This document shows, one piece after another, positions 49,001-62,200 of a stretch of 64,000 nucleotides of DNA. Below the pieces are notes generated by a model. The model saw nothing but the letters and a program-made list of their open reading frames with translations. It did not search any database and was not told where the DNA came from. The DNA is from Pecten maximus (Eukaryota), in NCBI RefSeq assembly GCF_902652985.1, contig NC_047020.1, forward strand, positions 4,340,001 through 4,404,000, read 5' to 3'. The position numbers and the translations under genes are program-made. How positions within the stretch are numbered: position 1 is the first letter of the stretch; each line of letters begins with the position of its first letter.

Positions 49001-51110
49001 TATGTTTGTATTATACTGTAGTACACTATGTGTGATAGGTATGTTTGTATTATACTGTAGTACACTGTGATAGGTATGTTTGTATTATACTGTAGTACAC
49101 TATGTGTGATAGGTATGTTCGTATTATACTGTAGTACACTGTGTGTGAGAGGTATGTTTGTATTATACTGTAGTACACTATGTGTGATAGGTAAGTTTGT
49201 ATTATACTGTAGTACACTATGTGTGATAGGTATGTTTGTATTATACTGTAGTACACTGTGATAGGTATATTTGTATGATACTGTAGTACACTCTGTGTGA
49301 TAGGTATGTTTGTATTATACTGTAGTACACAATGTGTGATAGGTATGTTTGTATTATACTGTAGTACACTGTGATAGGTATGTTTGTATGGTGCTGTAGT
49401 ACACTGTGTGTGAGAGGTATGTTTGTATTATACTGTAGTACACTGTGACAGGTATGTTTGTATTATACTGTAGTACACTATGTGTGATAGGTATGTTTGT
49501 ATTATACTGTAGTACACTGTGATAGGTATGTTTGTATTATACTGTAGTACACTGTGATAGGTATGTTTGTATTATACTGTAGTACACTGTGATAGGTATG
49601 TTTGTATTATACTGTAGTACACTATGTGTGATAGGTATGTTTGTATTATACTGTAGTACACAATGTGTGAGAGGTATGTTTGTATTATACTGTAGTACAC
49701 TGTGATAGGTATGTTTGTATTATACTGTAGTACACTATGTGTGATAGGTATGTTTGTATTATACTGTAGTACACTATGTGTGATAGGTATGTTTGTGTTA
49801 TACTGTAGTACACTGTGATAGGTATGTTTGTATTATACTGTAGTACACAATGTGTGTTAAGTATGTTTGTATTATACTGCAGTACACTTTGTGTGATTGG
49901 TATGTTTGTTTATCATTTTCTCCTGTCATAATTATGTGATTAAGGTGATATCTGATGTTCATAACAACGCTTTTTTCCGGTATCTTCCAGGGGGCGTTCT
50001 GGGGACTTAACGTATGTTTAGTGATCGGAATCATTAGAATGGTACTGGACTTTGTGTACACGCCGCCGAACTGTGGCAGTGGGGAACCTGACACTAGACC
50101 CTTTATCGTCAGAAAAGTCAACTTTCTCCATTTCGCCACCATCTTGGCCGTCATCTCTACCATCGTCATGATTGTAATAAGCCTTTTAACTGAACCACGG
50201 CCAGAACGGAAGGTGAAATATTATCTTATTTAAAAATAGATGATTATCAATAATGTGATAGTATTTACTTCGTCGCACATCATTTTTTTTTTATTGGTGA
50301 TGGATATTTTAATGAGATTCCTTTGGTCATTAGAGGGCAATTAATTTGGATAAAAAAGAAATCGGTGTTTAGGACAGTTAATTGTAGATATGCTTGTGTA
50401 ATTCCAGTTGCGTCGTGTCACGTTTTGGACAAGAAATGATCCTTTAGAACCGGAGTTAGACTCTGAGGATGAAGAAATTGACGAAGAGGAAAAGAGGATA
50501 GAAGTGGGTGAAGAAGATACCGCGCCGAATGAGCCAATAGAGAATCCAATGGGTAAACATTATATTATAACGTAAACAATAACATAAATACTTGTTGCAT
50601 AACAACAACCAGAAATAAATAGATAATGCAATCAAATGATATTCAAAGAAACTGATATGGTAAATATATAATTTGTATAAAAGGACAAACTTTTAATACA
50701 TAACGCTTCTTTTTCTTTCAACAGTAATATACTTCTGATGTTGTTTGCTAAAAAGTATGGTAAATTATTGCGATAAATTCAAATATCGTTATCTAAAAAC
50801 CTTCAGTGAGTCTCCATTCATTTATGTGACACGCATCTAATTCACCATATATATATAAATATACATCAAACTTGCACCAAACATTCATATTTTCGTTACA
50901 GGAGCTGTGGGTAATATCAAAAGGTACTGCTATAACTGGGTGTGTGGGACAACAGACAAACCTAAACGGAAACTTACGCTGGAACAAAGACGTGCCCTGA
51001 GAGCAAAATTAACCTCTTTACACCAGAAAAAAATATGGCGTATTATATTGAATACAGGGGCAATAGTAGTAACCACAATCACTGTATTTGTCTTAGGCGT
51101 CTTCTATTGA
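37083..51110 (+). CDS. SLC5/SSS family sodium:solute symporter, copy C, 14 coding exons, 652 aa
   Basis: Exons 37083-37160, 38297-38368, 40067-40171, 40457-40516, 41650-41754, 42992-43097, 44024-44104, 44374-44585, 44961-45096, 45370-45477, 45654-45973, 49991-50212, 50408-50552, 50902-51110. 1959 nt, open frame, same intron positions as copy A. Confidence 0.95.
40856..41552 (+). repeat. 25-bp minisatellite (~28 copies) in intron 4 of SLC5 copy C
   Basis: Unit CATTGTAACATCACACTGATCTGTT with CTAAT/CTGAT variants. Confidence 0.97.
41740..42661 (+). repeat. 53-54-bp minisatellite (~17 copies) made of the exon-5 end + splice donor of SLC5 copy C
   Basis: Unit ATCTTTAATATCTCG|GTACGTATTTTAGTTTTCACTTCCCCTACCTACATACCT versus the real junction ATCTTTAATATATCG|GTACGT. 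Confidence 0.97.
46043..49905 (+). repeat. 35/39-bp satellite (~100 copies, ~3.9 kb) filling intron 11 of SLC5 copy C
   Basis: Unit GTGATAGGTATGTTTGTATTATACTGTAGTACACT, with +4 nt variants (ATGT/GTGT). Confidence 0.98.
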
Positions 51111-52471
51111 AACGCACGGAAACTGGCTTATAATCTGGTGCACGCGTTGATCAAATCGTGATCTGTGGTGTGATATAGACTGCTATAAAATGTGTTGTTA
51201 TATTGGCAATGAGGCCGTTTTAATAAGGATTTATCAGTAACATGTTCATTTAATTTAATTTTCTGCTATTTTTTTTTTTTTTTTTTTTAGAATTATATGA
51301 ATAAATATTGTATAGAGCACTGCAACTTTAGTACATCTGATATATTGGAAGATTGTTTGCTGGAATAAAATTTCCTTTTATCGAGAAACAAAATTAACAC
51401 GTTTTAAAATTGTATATTTTTTCACTTACGAACTTGGACCAGTGCTTTGGTACATATTTTGATGACGGCATATACAGTGGTACTGATGACGATGGTTTGC
51501 TACTATAGGAGGCAGGGAATAAAAAACAAAGACTCTAAATAGTTAACCTAAAAGTCATTTATCCAGTGATGAAAAACTATTTCAAATCGAAATTTAACTT
51601 TACCTTTACACTTCATGAATATAAGTGAGTTCAGGATTGATGATAAACTCGACGTAAACCTGTTTAAGATTAATTCTCAGCGCATATCGATCCACACACC
51701 AATAGATCAATTGATTATCTTGTTCAATGCTTCAATAATCACCAGACAATTAATCGAACCTCCATGAGACAGAGAATGTATTGTTACAGGGGAATGATAT
51801 TTTGTGAGTAAGCGCATAGATTGCAGCCTTTCTTTGTTGAAGATACAGCACAGGAAACCAAGAGTATCTACCAAAATGCATAATATACATAATCAACAAA
51901 GAATGTTGATGTATCCAAGTCCACGGAATTCTAACTCTAAATCCATAAAACGAGGATAAAACACAACAAGAAATATCTTTAAAGAATATAAACGGCATAG
52001 TTTTAATTTTGGTGGTTAAAATAATGTAAAACTGCTGGTGAAATAAATCAACGAACTAATACATTTCAGCACAGATAACAAAATTATATTCGTTTGAATC
52101 ATTTTTGGTGATAATAAGACAGCATTTGAATCAATAATATAATTTTATCAATGTGTTATTTGAAAAGATACATCCACTTATTCAGTTGCATTCAATCTTA
52201 ACTTTGTTACGGATTTTACTGCATATTGACCAATCACATATTTCATCTTGACCAGTAACGCCGCCTGTCGCGTCATATCCGGGGCAAAAAGAATATTATA
52301 CGGCTATGCCGAAAAATATTGGCTTTAACGGACATCAATATACTTTTATTTTAGCAAACATGTTTATACAATGAAAAACGTAAGTTATGGTCTAATTGTT
52401 AAGAACGCAAAATTGAAATATTAATAATACCAAGTAATTAAGGGGAAATAATACATACGATATTATGTCTT

Positions 52472-55400
52472 TTAACTATCATTTATGTAACTATCGTGCA
52501 GTCGTAGATTTCTTCTCTGCATCTGTGATCTGTTTCTAAAACAACATATGATAGCCCCGACGATTGATAATGTGAAGACCACGAACAGGATAACTCCGGC
52601 GATCACACCAGCTAGACTTGTTTTCGTAAATGTGTGCGTCTTACCCTCTGTAAAATAAACAGATTATGTATTTCATTATTGTGCTGAAGTCTACACAAAT
52701 TAACTAACCTTTGGACAAATGTACTTTATGATTATTTTTCTGTGACAAATATTGCATTCCGATTAATGTATATGGCAAATGTTCAATGCCTATGTTTCCC
52801 TGTCAGGGGCTATTTTCAAGCATCAAATATTCCTTGTAAGCTGTGAAAAAATTATTTTATTGTATTGTACAGCAATTGTATAACAAGATATCTCAACTTG
52901 TAATTTCTTGGTTGACTTGGTATAATGCGAAAGGGGGAAGCAAAAGACACCGTGAGAAAACTGTGTGGCGAGCTGGTGCCTTTTTCACGCTTTGCAATCG
53001 GTTCCAGAATTCCCTTAACTTAAGTAAAAAGCAAGTGTATTTTAACCCGTATCACGCTTTTCGTATAAGCATAGTTTAATTGGCAGTCGGCAACGTAGGA
53101 CGAAACAATTATATGTGGAATGTATGTAAGTAAGATATATCAAGAGATACTCTTGGTTGACTTTGAGAAATAGTACATAATAAACTTTATTTACTATTTA
53201 ACATACATTCTTTGTATTACACATTTAATATTCAAATTATTCACTCGGATGTATTTTTGACCATCCTGTGTCGACTCACCGTTCTCCAGAGCGGCGTATG
53301 TCAGTGTAAATGTGTTGGATGACGTCAATCCTGCTGGCAGCAACCAGACGATGTACACGTACTCGTTTGAACTATTGACAACCATCCTTTCTGTCCTGTT
53401 GCTGCACTCCTGTCGAAGAAGGTAATCTGTGGGACCGTATCCTAAAGAAACCATACCCTCGAGTCACGGTTACAACATACATTCGATTTAATTTTGGTGT
53501 TGCACACACACATTTCCCCTACCCCATACCTAGAATTTTACGTTATTTATTCTTTCAGCCTATTTTAGTTTCCCAATAGTCATTTCTGAAATATTAACAA
53601 CTCGGTCCCTACCTCGACGTTCATATCAGGGTCTGCGTATTGGAAGTTATGACACTGAAACATGGCATTTGTGTGTTTTATGGCACTAATATATAGGATC
53701 TTTTATTTTGTCATTTTTTCACAAATGCAAGTAAACTGGAATTTTAAAGAGATTAAAGTCAAAGCGTGATGACAATATCTAATGGGAGCAGTCCTTTTGT
53801 AGTGCCATTTCAATTTATGACGTACATGTTACGCAATTGTCCACTTTATGATGTCACAGTTGATTTCTGACTAGAGCAGCCAATGAAAACCTTTCTGGGG
53901 TATACTACACTAGTGATATATACAAAAAACATTACATTGGCGAATTCACTGGGTACAGGCTGAGGATGTGATAAAAGGGTAGCTGTGTAACGAGTGTTAT
54001 GATACTGATAATCGGGTAATTATTCAATTGATGTTTTTCGCTGAAAAGCATGGATGGTACAAAACTAATACCATAGTTATGTTAAGGATGTTTTGACAAT
54101 GGTAACATGATTGTTCACGTAGTTGATGTTACGCGACCGGCAACATCATTATGTCATTTAAAAAGTTATAACGGTTATTCAATGTAATGGATTGCGTGGT
54201 TCAGAATACGATCATTATGTAGAATGACTGCATCTGTTTGTATGAGTATTTTAAGAAGCAACCTACCGTCATATAGACTGAGACTTGACATGGAGCAGTT
54301 GCGTTTATTGCTGATGAAAACTGACTGCATTGTCACCTCTATAGTATAGTCCTGATCCTCCGTGGTCAGTCGCCACTGGCAGTGGTCAGCGCTGGAGGTA
54401 AACCAAATAAGTTTTACCAGAAACAGCAATTAAATTAAAATAGTCTGTTCATGGCTTCGTCTGCTCACAATCTAAAAGGACTGGGGTCACGTTACATATG
54501 AGTTTAGTCAATTAGGTCGTCGCCTAAGAAATGCTTTTTAAATCCATCGGAAATATAGATGCTTTCTCAAGATAGCGAGGTATTCTAAGGTCGATGGGAA
54601 CAATGATATAGATGCGCCAATGCCAGCATAGCCATTAATGACCTAAGGAATATGTAGTATATGGACCACAGAAACAAACCGTTTGGGTAGAAGATTTAAT
54701 AAGAAGGTGAATGCATCGGGGTCTCCTGATTGAATATTCAGACAAGAGAAGTTTTATGTGTGTGCTGGGCATTTCATGTAGATGTATAATAAATAAAACA
54801 TTTTTTTCCAGTCTGTTTTTGTCAGGGGTGTGTGTGCATTTTTTGCGTAATTTGCTGTAAATCTAGGTGAATTTTTGGTGTTGGATTCAATGGCGCCCTC
54901 TAAATATTAAAAAGGTAAAAAAGACAGAATTTTAATGTTCTATTTGCATGACATTCTTAAATATAAGGGTTAGTAGACCAGTGTTGAAAACTCCATTTAA
55001 GCAGGACAGTTGTAAAAACGTTAATACTATTGCCTATGGAAAATCATTTGGTTCCGTGGTTCCTTAAGCAAATGTATATTGCTTTTGTGGATTTTAATTT
55101 GATGAGAAAGAGGTTACCAGCGATGGCAACAGCCGAGTGAGAAAATTGTTAAAATTAAAAACTTCCTGTTACAAACGATCGCTCTTTGAAAGCAATTCCC
55201 GCATAGGTCAACTTTAAATGACTATTTATTACAATGAGTCCTCTTGTCAGGAACCTGATTGCTGTATTGTATTATTGAAGTTATCTTAAAATAAACTAAG
55301 GCAAGAGTAATAGAGTATGATCAGACTGCAGAAAACGGTATGATCAGCGGTATAATAGACAACGTAAACGTGACAGTGAGAAAAATAAACAAGGCTACAA

Positions 55401-57134
55401 TTCAGGACAAACTGCCAATATACTGTAATCACCACTAAAATAAGACAAATATACTGATATGTTAGAATGAACCGAATGCTTTTCTTTATAGTGATCCTAC
55501 TTAGATAAACTTAGGTATGTCAAGTATTTTGAGTCAGTCTGGAAACCCTATTATGTCACATATGGTGTTACTAAACATATGCATCTTAAGACAGGTGGTA
55601 TCTAGAAGGCATGTCAGTCATATGAGCTATCAGAAAGTTATTTATACATACTATATAGACGCATTCTGGTATCCTGGGAATTCAAGTTCTCTGTGTTCCT
55701 TCTTCACTTGTAGTTCCAATGTCTGTGTATCACAAACCTGACTGACTGAGCTCGCAAAACAAATGATGACAATGAAATTGATGTGTGTTCAAGGATATCA
55801 TGTATAGCATATACTTAAGGGTCATCTATACAGCAGAATAATGTTGAATTTCAAACACGAATAAATATCTTAAAATTTGCACAAAAATAGTCATGTAATA
55901 TACAAAAATGTTTGTTTGGACATGTAGTGTCTTAAAATCACAAATAATTTGATGTAGATGCTAACAATTTCTTCTATAGAGTTACTTTGTGGTAAGTTGT
56001 AGCATGGAATAATTCTAAGTCACAAAAATAACCAAACCTGAAAAATAGCCCAGCTGTCATGCTCACAAGTGTCTTTAGCACAGGGTAGGAGCATTTGTTT
56101 GACCGGATTTGATTTTATGTAGGTATAAACACATATTTTGTTTTGACCTTGAAATGCAAATGGCGGCTGTGGATGATATTACACAAATATGGCATAAAGG
56201 GAGGCATTTCAGCCATTAAAAATGCTCCTTTATCATACATTTAAGACATCTGATTATAGTAAGAATGACATCTTTAAGACAAATTGTCAAACTGGTGAGT
56301 TTTGGGCCTTTTTCAGAAATATATATCTTTTACCTCAAACTCAACGGATGAACATTTTTTCCTAAAAACAGCCTTCCTGCCATGTCTAGAGTTCTCTATA
56401 GTATCTAATATGAGCATTTGTGACGTTTGAAATACCTTCTTATATGCCATAATTGTGTGATATTATTCACAACCGCCATTTGCATTTCAAGGTCTAAATA
56501 AAATCAGTGTTAATACATATCATAAAGTCCAATCTAGTCAAACCAATGCTCCTTTTTTGTGCTTTAGACCATTGTGAGCAAAACGACATGACTGTTTTGC
56601 ACAATAAATGCGATACAAATGAGTTAATTATGTCCCCCTGAAACATACATTTTTCTCATGATTTGTTGAAATTTACGAACTACTGAACAAATTAAATGTC
56701 AACAGCAAGGCCCACAGTTTGACATGATACATTTCAAAATTTTATCAAGTTACTTCTATTAAATTGTACCCTAGTAGGGATGTATAGCCTTGTAAACTAT
56801 CAACTGTTTTGGCTGGATTTGCTGTTTAGATGCCCCTTAACTGATATCTCAGTAAGATAAGACAATAAGCCCACACTTGATCATCCATTGGAACAAGTCA
56901 CTCTAGGCTAGGAATAACCTTGCCCTGAGTATATACTGTTTTTTTAATATTATTACAAATATTGCGTATTGTTTAATATATTTGGTACTAAGCATGTGCT
57001 ATTTACATGTCATTGTTTTTATATACCATGGACACTATAGTACAGTGTATTGGACAGCCCAGATACTTACAAGACACATGCTGAAGACAGACGATAGTAT
57101 ATATCATAAAACCTAATACCGCGTCTCTCGCCAT
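52472..57134 (-). CDS. Small type I membrane protein: signal peptide + single CUB domain + TM + short cytoplasmic tail (206 aa)
   Basis: Minus-strand exons 57134-57071 (MARDAVLGFMIYTIVCLQHVS), 55745-55652 (VCDTQTLEL...LEFPGYQNASIY), 54391-54267 (ADHCQWRLTT...NCSMSSLSLYDG), 53441-53280 (...ECSN...YVYIVW...FTLTY), 52647-52472 (TM LAGVIAGVILFVVFTLSIVGAIICCF, then RNR, stop). Intron phases 1-2-1-1 join in frame; four CUB cysteines present. Probable 5'UTR exon donor near 57369. Confidence 0.88.
55819..56836. mobile_element. Non-autonomous TTAA-targeting DNA transposon (Kolobok-like), ~1.0 kb, in the first coding intron of the CUB-TM gene
   Basis: TTAA on both sides; termini GGGTCATCTATACAGCA and (reverse complement) GGGGCATCTAAACAGCA; internal ~140-bp inverted repeat, ~56060-56200 versus ~56440-56580. 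Confidence 0.85.
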
Positions 57135-59244
57135 TGATACACAGCTCCAAGGGAGTCATGTTATCTCACACATAGGGAAGAGTGAACCAGCTCCTAAAAC
57201 ACAATTCTAATGTACAAGTTGTGCAATGTATCGATCATAACTACACCAGCGGATCTTTCTACAGACCAGTTATTACTTCAGATCAGCAGTTTTATAGTTG
57301 CATATTTGTAACTGTTATTTTTTGGAACTGATTTGAAAAAAAATATTTTAAGAATTTAAATCAACTTACCTATCCATTAGGTGCGAGGAGATGAAAACAT
57401 ACCGATTTCGAGACCAGGAGTACTGTGTATGTAGTAGGTACGAGGGACATATCCGGAAAACTAATCCCAGATTGAGCAAGTCTAGATTGTGACCATAGGA
57501 TCAAGATAATCCATCCCTTTTCAAATGCATAAGTGTTTTAGTGTATTCAAGTTCAATAGAGGAATATGTAAATAACTGTTATGAATAATCGGCTAATTAC
57601 GTCAGGCGAGCCACGGTGTATTCTAAGTAAACTGTTCAAAGCCACGAACTCAACCGTGTGTAAAATAATTACATAATTATAATGAAATAAAGTCTAATAA
57701 TGATGTACAATGGATATGTTTATCGCATATCATTTCGGTAATAAAAATCAATAAAACAAAACCAAACAACAAAGAGACAACATTGTTCCGACATGGAATA
57801 TATTTTTCAAGAGTGATCATGGTGCATCTCAAAGTACTTCTATTTACTATACTTTATGCTAGACACAACTACAGCAATGCAGTCAATGTGCTTTCTGTTT
57901 AAGAGTACAGACATCAAACTCGGACAGGAAACGTGAGGCAAGATGACAGAATTTTTATTCCATATCATATTTGTGAATTATTTCGTGAATTTTTCACCAG
58001 ATAGGATTTTGGCTGTCATTATAGATTGTTTAAGCTCTCATTTGTGGCAAGCCTTTTAACACACCCTGTCCTGGGATACACGAAGATATACAATGGAGCA
58101 CGGGTATCGTGCCGAGTCGGATTCTTGGGGTAAACTTGTACCGCCCGTCTAACCATTACCATAGACCACTCATATCACAATGAAAATGTTCAAAAACCAT
58201 ATCTCTATATTTAAAACAAACAAAAAAACAAAGCAAGAATATGTGATCTTATTGTTTTCTAAGGTTTAATATCGATTTTCTTAAAAGGCGTAGATGTACA
58301 TACTTTAACCTGCCTAGCACACATACAATACATACCATTAAACATCGATACACAGTATAGCTATATGGACATTTATATTTACAATGCATTCATGTGTAAG
58401 TAATAGGTATTAATACACATACGCGTAGAAAGTTTTTGCCTTTAAAACTTGGGGGAAATATTTCATTTTTTCTCTTGTTTTTCGCAATATTAAATTTTTT
58501 TTAAACTTGAACAAGTTATTTGTATTTCCATTAATAAAGAGGGGAAAACGAGGTGACACGATGCCTAATATTAGACTCATGTGACTTATAATGGTCTCTG
58601 TTGTCCGTGTGTGTTTGTAGCCGCTGGGACTATTGCTATTGTGCTCCGTATTGTTGTTGGGATTTGTCCTGGTCAACTGGCTTGAGAACCCAGAGGATTT
58701 AAACTGGACATTGGATCGTTAGTGTAACTCATACACGCAGTTCACTCAAACGGCGCTATAAGTAAAACGTAACATACAGATCGCGACCACTAAGAATACG
58801 GCTGTTTCATCATCATGATAATGTATTGACAAGAACAATGTTCGCTTCTCGCTGTATTTAAACTCTCATTGTCCTTGGTGGTGTGATAACGAGTGTTGTG
58901 TTGGGGTGGCTAGTCGGGGTACTGACCAGACAGTAACACACGCGAACATTACGGTCAGTAACCAAGCTCGGAATACACGACAAATCAACTAATTGTGGAC
59001 GGATTATAAAGGGAAATGATGTCACCAGGTATGTACAAATCTCCAGTATTGGTTTGGGATATATTTATTGTAATCGTGTAATGTGCGTTATATAGGAAGT
59101 TCCAGGTGTACGACCTTGCCAACATAAATTGATATAAAACTGTTGGTGTATAAACACATATTTAAGTGTGAATACAGAGAGAGAACCATTCCTCTGTAAT
59201 TGTCCGATTTAACTGTCTTCCCTATTATTTACACAGGTAGGACT

Positions 59245-62200
59245 ATGGAGAGTCTCGGAGCGACCATTCTGTTGTTGTTTATGATTATCACCCACGGTAC
59301 GTATTACAAATGTTTGATATGGTATGTATGTTTACTGGTTCAGTATGTCTATAATTATTTTAAAACTATACTAAGTAATAGTTCAATAGCTTATTTCCCC
59401 AGACATCATAGCTTGTTCTTGTAGTGATTTTATGTTTTAATATATAATCATATTAGAAACTACTGCAACTTTTGTTCAATATATTTTAAATGTCGAAACA
59501 TTTCCGACGCTTTGTATATCAATGTAATTTTCGTCTCCTGATTTCTATACCAGTACTGTTTTCTTTGATGAATGTTTCTCGATTTGAATAATGTTAATTT
59601 GTGAGATTGAGAAATATAAATATGCAACAGTACTCACCTGAATGGCGAATACAGTGGTCTCGTGTAAACGTGATTTACACTATCGAGTCGTTTTCTATAA
59701 AATCAAATTGTTTTGATTCATTTCCACGTGGAAACACATTTAATTGATATTTTTAAAAGGGTGAACTGACCATCTTTGTTTCGTCTGCAGTTTTTGGTGT
59801 ATGTGACATAGTGAACAGACGGGTAGAAACCGAACAGATCGCCACACAGGATGTACAGTATCTCTATTCTCCGGGCTGGAGAGTTTCTTATTACTCGTAA
59901 GTACCGATGATGGAGAAGTCCATAGCGCAGATGTTATGGGTGTCAATTATTTTTTACCTAGGCTGGGGAGCTTCTCTCTACTCTAGATAGTGATGAGGGA
60001 GAAGTCTCATAGTGCGTAAGTTTTGGATGTCCAGTCGGTTTTTTACCAAAGGTGGAGAGTTTCTTACTACTCATAATTACTTATGATAGGGGAGTCTTAT
60101 TGGACGTACTTTATATGTAAGCTAGGAATACCCTATGTTTGGATTTCTCGGGAAGTTGTCGTAGTAGGATATTAGATTGAGATAATAGTATTGGGATGTG
60201 TTGGGGAATCGGGTATCATGGCGGATGAAAATGAATGTTGAACATCTGGATTTATATTACAGAAATATGGATTGCAAATGGCTAATAAATGGTTCCGACA
60301 CTGACACGGCGTTCCGCGTCCTTGTTGACGTCACCTACCTAAGTATGGAGAATAGTCCCGGATGTTCTTACGATGGGTTGACAGTATATGATGGTAAGAA
60401 CGAGTGGCCCTGTAATTAGCAAGTCTTTCAAAAAGCAAGAATTCAAGATTGTTTAGTATAACTCAACCTTTAATGTACAACTGGAAAACCCGCGAAATAT
60501 TCGCGAAGTTTGAGAAAGGTGCATGATACAGTGAAAAGTCTCTAAATTGTGTTACAGGATCATCCACCAGCGCCAGCATGATGGGAAGAATATGTAACCG
60601 TATGCCGACAGGACGTATGTTCTTAATGAGTGGACAGTTCGCATTACTCAGGCTCAAATCCGACTCCAGTGTACAGGCCACGGGCTTCTCCCTTCGTTAT
60701 CTAAAGTACAAGCCTACCAGTAAGTAAAAGTATGAAATGAAGCTGACAAGTAAAATTTACCGTATATATAAACTACCAGTAAGTATTTTCTGCATATTTC
60801 TGTATATATAAATGAACCAGTAATTTTTACTGTATAAACATAAACAACCCCAAGTAATCTTTCCTATAAGTAATTTTTACTGTTTATATAACCTACAAGT
60901 AAGTAATTTTGTCTGTATATATAACCTACCAGTAAGTATTTTTTGCTGTATATATAACCTACCAGTAAGTAATTTTTACTGTAGATATAACCTACCAGTA
61001 AGTAATTTTTACTGTTTATATAACCTAACAGTAAGTATTTTTTCTGTATAAAACCTACCAGTAAGTTACCTTTCCTTTTATAAAGATTACGAGTAAGTAA
61101 ACATCTCTGTATTTAAAGCTTACCAGTAAATAAGTGTTTTTTTTCTACGTAGAGGGCCCCTGTTAGGTAAATAATGTAAGTTAATATAAATCTCTCTCTA
61201 ACGAACAATCTGTACACGTATGTTGAATTTTATCGAGATGAAATTCAATGTATGTAATTATTGATATCGATGCGTGGCGTTTGGGCTTGTGCAAGTATAT
61301 CAGAGTCAAATGTAAACAAAACCAACTGTCTGCCAACAAAAATCCAGCGCTATGCAAAATGGGAAGCATTTTAATATATCAGAATATCAAATTTGTTAAG
61401 GAAGCCTGCGGAATCATTATGATTAGTTCGCAATAAAATCAACTTTTATGTACATTTTGTACTGTCATTATATAATTAGATAGGTTCATATGCAATATCT
61501 GTATGTTGATAGCGCCATCTACCGCGTGTACTAGCACCGTATCCTTGACAGCCAGTGCAACTCTGGATTATCTTACGTCACCGGACTTTCCCAGTCAACA
61601 GGATGGGTACGTAGCCTTTAGGCATGTGGTATTATAAACAGGAATCTAAATAAAGAGTTGTATCAGATATCTTATATATATTACATTATGCAGTTGTTTT
61701 CCTTTCTCCTTTTTATATTTATCGAAGTGAGTCATGTTACCTGTTGAAATATCTCGATGGTGTATGAGGTAAAGCTTTGCTTCGTTTACATGGTTGCCTT
61801 TCCTTTGATAAGTTTAGAAGATTATTCCAACAACCCCACCCCCACGAATTTAGGTGAACGAGTAAAATACCCGTTCGTTTCATGGCGGCAACATACAGTG
61901 GATACACTTCACTTTATAATATACCCGTAGCATACAGGAGGCAAATATCCCTTAATAATGATAATGGAATGAAACGCATAACAAATCATTATGTTAAAGA
62001 AGTTCCTGTTAATTTCTCGTTATTGAGTCACGTCAATGCCTATTACTCGTATGTTTTATCAGATTTACCGTTATTGCGCCATCCCTCACGTTATCCCTTA
62101 CTTCATTCCTCACGTCAATGCCTATTCGGTTTTTTTTTTTATATCAGATTTACCGTTATTGAGTCATTCTTCACGTCAATACCTATTACTCGTTTTTTAT

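Noticed and set aside
46913-49261. ORFs [11 protein letters not shown] / [11 protein letters not shown]
   Set aside because: Translations of the 39-bp satellite variants inside an intron.
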